From NCBI GenBank assembly GCA_016928955.1, contig JAFGJV010000004.1, forward strand, positions 186,001 to 250,000: a stretch of DNA of 64,000 nucleotides. The letters run 5' to 3'. The translations under genes were made by a program, and so were the position numbers. This DNA is from Spirochaetales bacterium. GTDB lineage: Bacteria > Spirochaetota > Spirochaetia > Treponematales > UBA12059. This document shows positions 60,380-64,000 of this stretch, piece by piece. The first letter of the stretch is position 1, and every line of letters begins with the position of its first letter. A model generated the notes under the pieces. The model was given only the letters and a program-made list of their open reading frames with translations. It searched no databases and was not told the DNA's origin.

Positions 60380-60428
60380 GCTCCTAATATCGGCCCCTCG
60401 GCACGGTCCATAAAGAGCCGGCGGCCTG

Positions 60429-61079
60429 TTACGTCGTGCCCGGCCTTAACAACCGCCCGGCCACAGGGTGCACGGCGGCCCATACGGCCTCGGACACCAA
60501 ATCCACCGGCAAGGATGCGTCGACCCGCACGATGGCCACCCCCGACGATGCGTATGAGTCAAGGACAGCCCTATATTCGTCCGCCACCCGGTCCTGAAAG
60601 TCTCGGTTCTCGTAGATATCCAGGGCATGGCGTCCGGCCATGCGGGACATGGACGTATCCGTACGCACGTCGAAGTAGACCACCAGCTCGGGAAGGGGAA
60701 AGGCGGCGTTCTGGAAACGCGGAAAGTCGCGCCCGCAGGTCAGGCCCTGGTAGGCGAGCGACGAGAATATGTAACGGTCGCTGATGGCCAGCCCGCCTTG
60801 CGCCAGGGTATCCAGGATGCCGCCCGTCGAGCGAAGATGCTCGTCCCTGTCGGCGGCGAACAGCCTGGCCACGGTTTCGGGGAGCAGGGGCGTCCGGCCG
60901 GCCAGAGCGTCGCGTATCAGCTTGCCAACGGGACCGTCGGTCGGCTCGGCGCTGACCGTATGCGGGATGCCAAGACCGGACAGGCGGGCGTCCAGGACAC
61001 GCAGCTGCGTGCTGGTCCCTGAGCCGTCTATGCCTTCAAAAACGACAAAACCCGTAAGGATGCGTGGCGCGTCGGACAT
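60429..61079 (-). CDS. tmk: Thymidylate kinase
   Basis: FEGIDGSG, EPT, LFAADR, SDRYIFSSLAYQ. Confidence 0.95.
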   Translation of the reverse strand: MSDAPRILTGFVVFEGIDGSGTSTQLRVLDARLSGLGIPHTVSAEPTDGPVGKLIRDALAGRTPLLPETVARLFAADRDEHLRSTGGILDTLAQGGLAISDRYIFSSLAYQGLTCGRDFPRFQNAAFPLPELVVYFDVRTDTSMSRMAGRHALDIYENRDFQDRVADEYRAVLDSYASSGVAIVRVDASLPVDLVSEAVWAAVHPVAGRLLRPGTT

Positions 61080-61159
61080 GATGCGCGAGCATACCCGCGA
61101 CGCGGCCAGGAGGGCAAGTATTCTGGCGCAAGAATCCCCGCTGTGATACTGTCTTGGGC

Positions 61160-64000
61160 GTGACTGAACGGCCGCGCGCAAAACTCATTATCGTCATCCT
61201 GCTTACCGCGGGCGTGGTGTCAGCATGGGCCGCGGCATCGTTTCTTGGCGACGCGTTGTCGCTGGACCTGGTCGCGTCCACCCTGGAAGCCACGCTTTCT
61301 CGCTACACCCAGGCTCTGGGCATACAGGCAACGTACGCGGGCGCGTCCCCGTCCATTTTCAGCGGCCTCTCCCTGCGGGACATAGTCGTGCGCAGGGGAG
61401 AGCGCGTCATGCTGTCCGTGCGCCGGGTGCGTCTTGACTACAACCTGTGGTCGCTCATCCGCGGCAAGCCGGGGTTGGACGGGATTACGGTGACCGGCCT
61501 GGCCGCGGACATAGACCTTGAACAGGACAGGGACAGCATAGACGGCCTTCTGGACATGCTGAAGGACGGCGGCGGCCAGCTTGGCCGCCTGGAACTGGCT
61601 CTGGAAGACGTTACTATCGGTGTCAGGGGGCCGGGGCTGCCGCCCCTAAGCGCCAAGCTGCGCCGCGCCGACCTCTTGTCCGCTCCCGACGGGTCCCTTT
61701 CCGTGAGCGGCTCGGGCCAGATAACCCTGGATACCGGCACGTCTTCAACCCTTGGCACCATAACGGCTCCCTTTGCGCTTACAGGCAGCATGAACGCGGA
61801 TGCGTCGTCGGCCCTGGTGTCCGCAAAGCTGGCCGCCGAGAGCCCGGCGGGCAGGCTGAGGGAAATCCGCGTTCTTGCAGGCCTGGACGGAAATCGGGCA
61901 AACCTGTCGGTGCACGGAGTCGCGGGCATCAGGGAACTGGGGTTTGAGTACGACACGGCGGCAGGCACCCTGGGAGCCAGCGCGGATTTTGATGACTGGC
62001 GACCATCGTCCGTGCTCAGCTTGGGTAACGCGTTCAAGGACGCCAACCAATGGCTTGAATCAACCGTAACGGGCACGCTTGCCGTATCCACGGATTTCAG
62101 CCTGGACGGCACAAGGATCGGCGCGTCGCTGTCAGGCAGGCTTCCCCTTGGCCTGCCGGGCGGCAGGGCTTCCTATCGGCTCAGGGCGGATGGCACGGCG
62201 GCAAACGTCGCCGTGGCCGAGGCGCGGATAGCGTCGCCTGGAGTGTCGCTGTCCTATTCTGGCCAGGTTTTCCCGGCCGCTCCCGGAGCGTCAGGCTCCC
62301 TGGACCTGGTTTTTGCCCCCAGCGGAACGGACGCTCTGGAGGCGTCGTTCAGTATTGAAGGCAGGGGGCTGTCCTGGCGTGCGGCTTCAGAGCGCCTCGG
62401 TGGGGACGTGCCAGCCCTGGAAAACGTCGTCGTTACCCTGGATTCAGAGGGCCAGAGCCTGACCTTTGGGCTGGAAGCGGACGCTGTGCCCCCGGTGCGC
62501 TCGGAACCCGACCCGGCCGCTATTCCCAGACCCCGCCTGACGCTGGAAGGCCGCGCAGCCCTTGGACGCAAACCATATATAGAAGCTGCACTCAGCCTGG
62601 ACAACAGCGGCCTGGGCTGGCTGGCCAGCCTGCTGCCGGACAACGCCAGGTCCCTGGTTGACGATTACGCCGCGGGGCTCAGCATTGAAAGCTCGCTGTC
62701 CTTTTTCAGCGACCTGTCGACCTTCTCCTTCGGCTCGCCGGCAACGGTGTTCAGCTATGACGGGCCCACGCCGGCCCGCGTCGAACTGTCCTTCAAGGGC
62801 AACTCGGAGAGCGCCGAGCTGGGCATGCTCGACGCGCGCATAGGGGACTATGTGGTGACCGGCTCGGGTTCGGTCGACTATTCGTCGCCCCAAGGGCTGT
62901 CCTTTGACGCCAATTTCAAGGTACAGGACATACCCTACGATCTGGCCGGTTCCGTCCTTGACAAGAGCCTGTTCATCCAGGGTGCGTACGGGCTCCTGGT
63001 GTCCCTCAAGGGCACGGGTACCGGAACAAGCGCGTCCTTGGTCATGGATTCGCTGCCCGTGGCCCTGGCAGGCGAGATACTCCTGTTCACCGTGGACGCC
63101 GGGGCCCTTCTTGAGGGCCAGACCTGGCAAGCCGTGCTGTCGCGCTTTGAGGCCACGCCGTCGGACGCGACCACGGCTCGGCTACCGAGCGTGTCCATGT
63201 CAGGCAGTTTTGACCAGAACGGCGGCTCGCTCCACGACATGAAGCTAGCCGACCGCTTCTCGTCATTGGAAGGCGGAGCGGAATTCATCTGGCCAGCCGG
63301 CGGCGGGGCGTCAGCAAGCCTGAACCTGGCCAACGATGGAGGGGAGTCGTACCAGGTTACGGCTTCATATTCAGACGGCCGCCTGGATGTGGACACTGAC
63401 GTCAAGCGGGCCGCCCTGGCCCGGTTCGGTCTGCCTGTGCTGACGGGAGTCATGGACGCCAACCTCCGCGCCAAGGACATCCTGGGCCAGGCTGAAGCCA
63501 ATTTTACCTTCACCGTCAACGGCGGCCAGCGCAACGACGACGCGCCCTTTGCGACCGGGCGGGGGACCTTTGCCAACGGCGCGCTGGAGCTCACGGACAC
63601 GCGCTTGAGCTACCTGATGCAGACCGTTGACAGCCTTTCCATGCTGCTCCGGCCGTCCGACTGGTCCTTTGGGCTGACGGCGAACGCGGCGTTGTCGTTG
63701 GGCGACGCTACCGCGACCGGAGCCTTGAGCGCCGAAGGCGCGCTACAGGCGGATGGCGGCTACCTGATAGGCGGTTCATTTGCCGATTTTTCCTGGGAAA
63801 ACGAGCCGGTAGGCACCTGGCCCTTCGCCGTGGAGCTAGGCGACCAGGTCCTGGTTGCCACCCTCGGTGCCAACGGCGAGGCGTACCTGCGTCTGACGGG
63901 GCAGGGCGACATACAGGCGCGACTGGACCCCGTCCTTCCGCTGTCGTTCGACGCGTCTGGCCGCGTGAGCGGCGACACCATAAGCCTGGACCTTCGCAGC
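61160..64000 (+). CDS. Large TamB/AsmA-like envelope protein; 3' end lies beyond the window
   Basis: Not in the track (no stop). GTG ACT GAA... gives an N-terminal TM helix, then YAGASPSIFSGLSLRD and long amphipathic beta-rich sequence; it lies divergent from tmk. Confidence 0.7.
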   Translation, partial: MTERPRAKLIIVILLTAGVVSAWAAASFLGDALSLDLVASTLEATLSRYTQALGIQATYAGASPSIFSGLSLRDIVVRRGERVMLSVRRVRLDYNLWSLIRGKPGLDGITVTGLAADIDLEQDRDSIDGLLDMLKDGGGQLGRLELALEDVTIGVRGPGLPPLSAKLRRADLLSAPDGSLSVSGSGQITLDTGTSSTLGTITAPFALTGSMNADASSALVSAKLAAESPAGRLREIRVLAGLDGNRANLSVHGVAGIRELGFEYDTAAGTLGASADFDDWRPSSVLSLGNAFKDANQWLESTVTGTLAVSTDFSLDGTRIGASLSGRLPLGLPGGRASYRLRADGTAANVAVAEARIASPGVSLSYSGQVFPAAPGASGSLDLVFAPSGTDALEASFSIEGRGLSWRAASERLGGDVPALENVVVTLDSEGQSLTFGLEADAVPPVRSEPDPAAIPRPRLTLEGRAALGRKPYIEAALSLDNSGLGWLASLLPDNARSLVDDYAAGLSIESSLSFFSDLSTFSFGSPATVFSYDGPTPARVELSFKGNSESAELGMLDARIGDYVVTGSGSVDYSSPQGLSFDANFKVQDIPYDLAGSVLDKSLFIQGAYGLLVSLKGTGTGTSASLVMDSLPVALAGEILLFTVDAGALLEGQTWQAVLSRFEATPSDATTARLPSVSMSGSFDQNGGSLHDMKLADRFSSLEGGAEFIWPAGGGASASLNLANDGGESYQVTASYSDGRLDVDTDVKRAALARFGLPVLTGVMDANLRAKDILGQAEANFTFTVNGGQRNDDAPFATGRGTFANGALELTDTRLSYLMQTVDSLSMLLRPSDWSFGLTANAALSLGDATATGALSAEGALQADGGYLIGGSFADFSWENEPVGTWPFAVELGDQVLVATLGANGEAYLRLTGQGDIQARLDPVLPLSFDASGRVSGDTISLDLRS

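Overview
A GC-rich, gene-dense stretch of core chromosome, very probably from a spirochaete (Treponema/Rectinema-like). That assignment is inferred from gene order (gap-pgk-tpiA-secG, smpB/lepB-hemW, yebC-ruvC-ruvAB-queA, tmk/tamB-like) and from spirochaete-type lipoproteins and hypothetical proteins. About 55 CDSs are present, mostly housekeeping. Two long ORFs that run off the window ends (RarA at left, TamB-like at right) are missing from the ORF track. I see no CRISPR array, tRNA/rRNA, prophage or intact transposase. The most interesting signals are: (1) a gene split at a C-A10-G run containing an in-frame A_AAA_AAG -1 slippery heptamer (9891-10870), inside a translationally coupled operon of a huge acidic protein and two Maf-like genes; (2) an unannotated ~95-nt RNA with a sigma28-like promoter, a hairpin loop carrying an anti-Shine-Dalgarno sequence and an intrinsic terminator (16851-16976); (3) a truncated ParB-like CTPase with a C-terminal amphipathic helix encoded behind PBP1A; (4) a palindromic MITE-like element with a 4-bp target duplication and a shorter relative; (5) many apparently leaderless genes. 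All assignments are by eye, without database searches.
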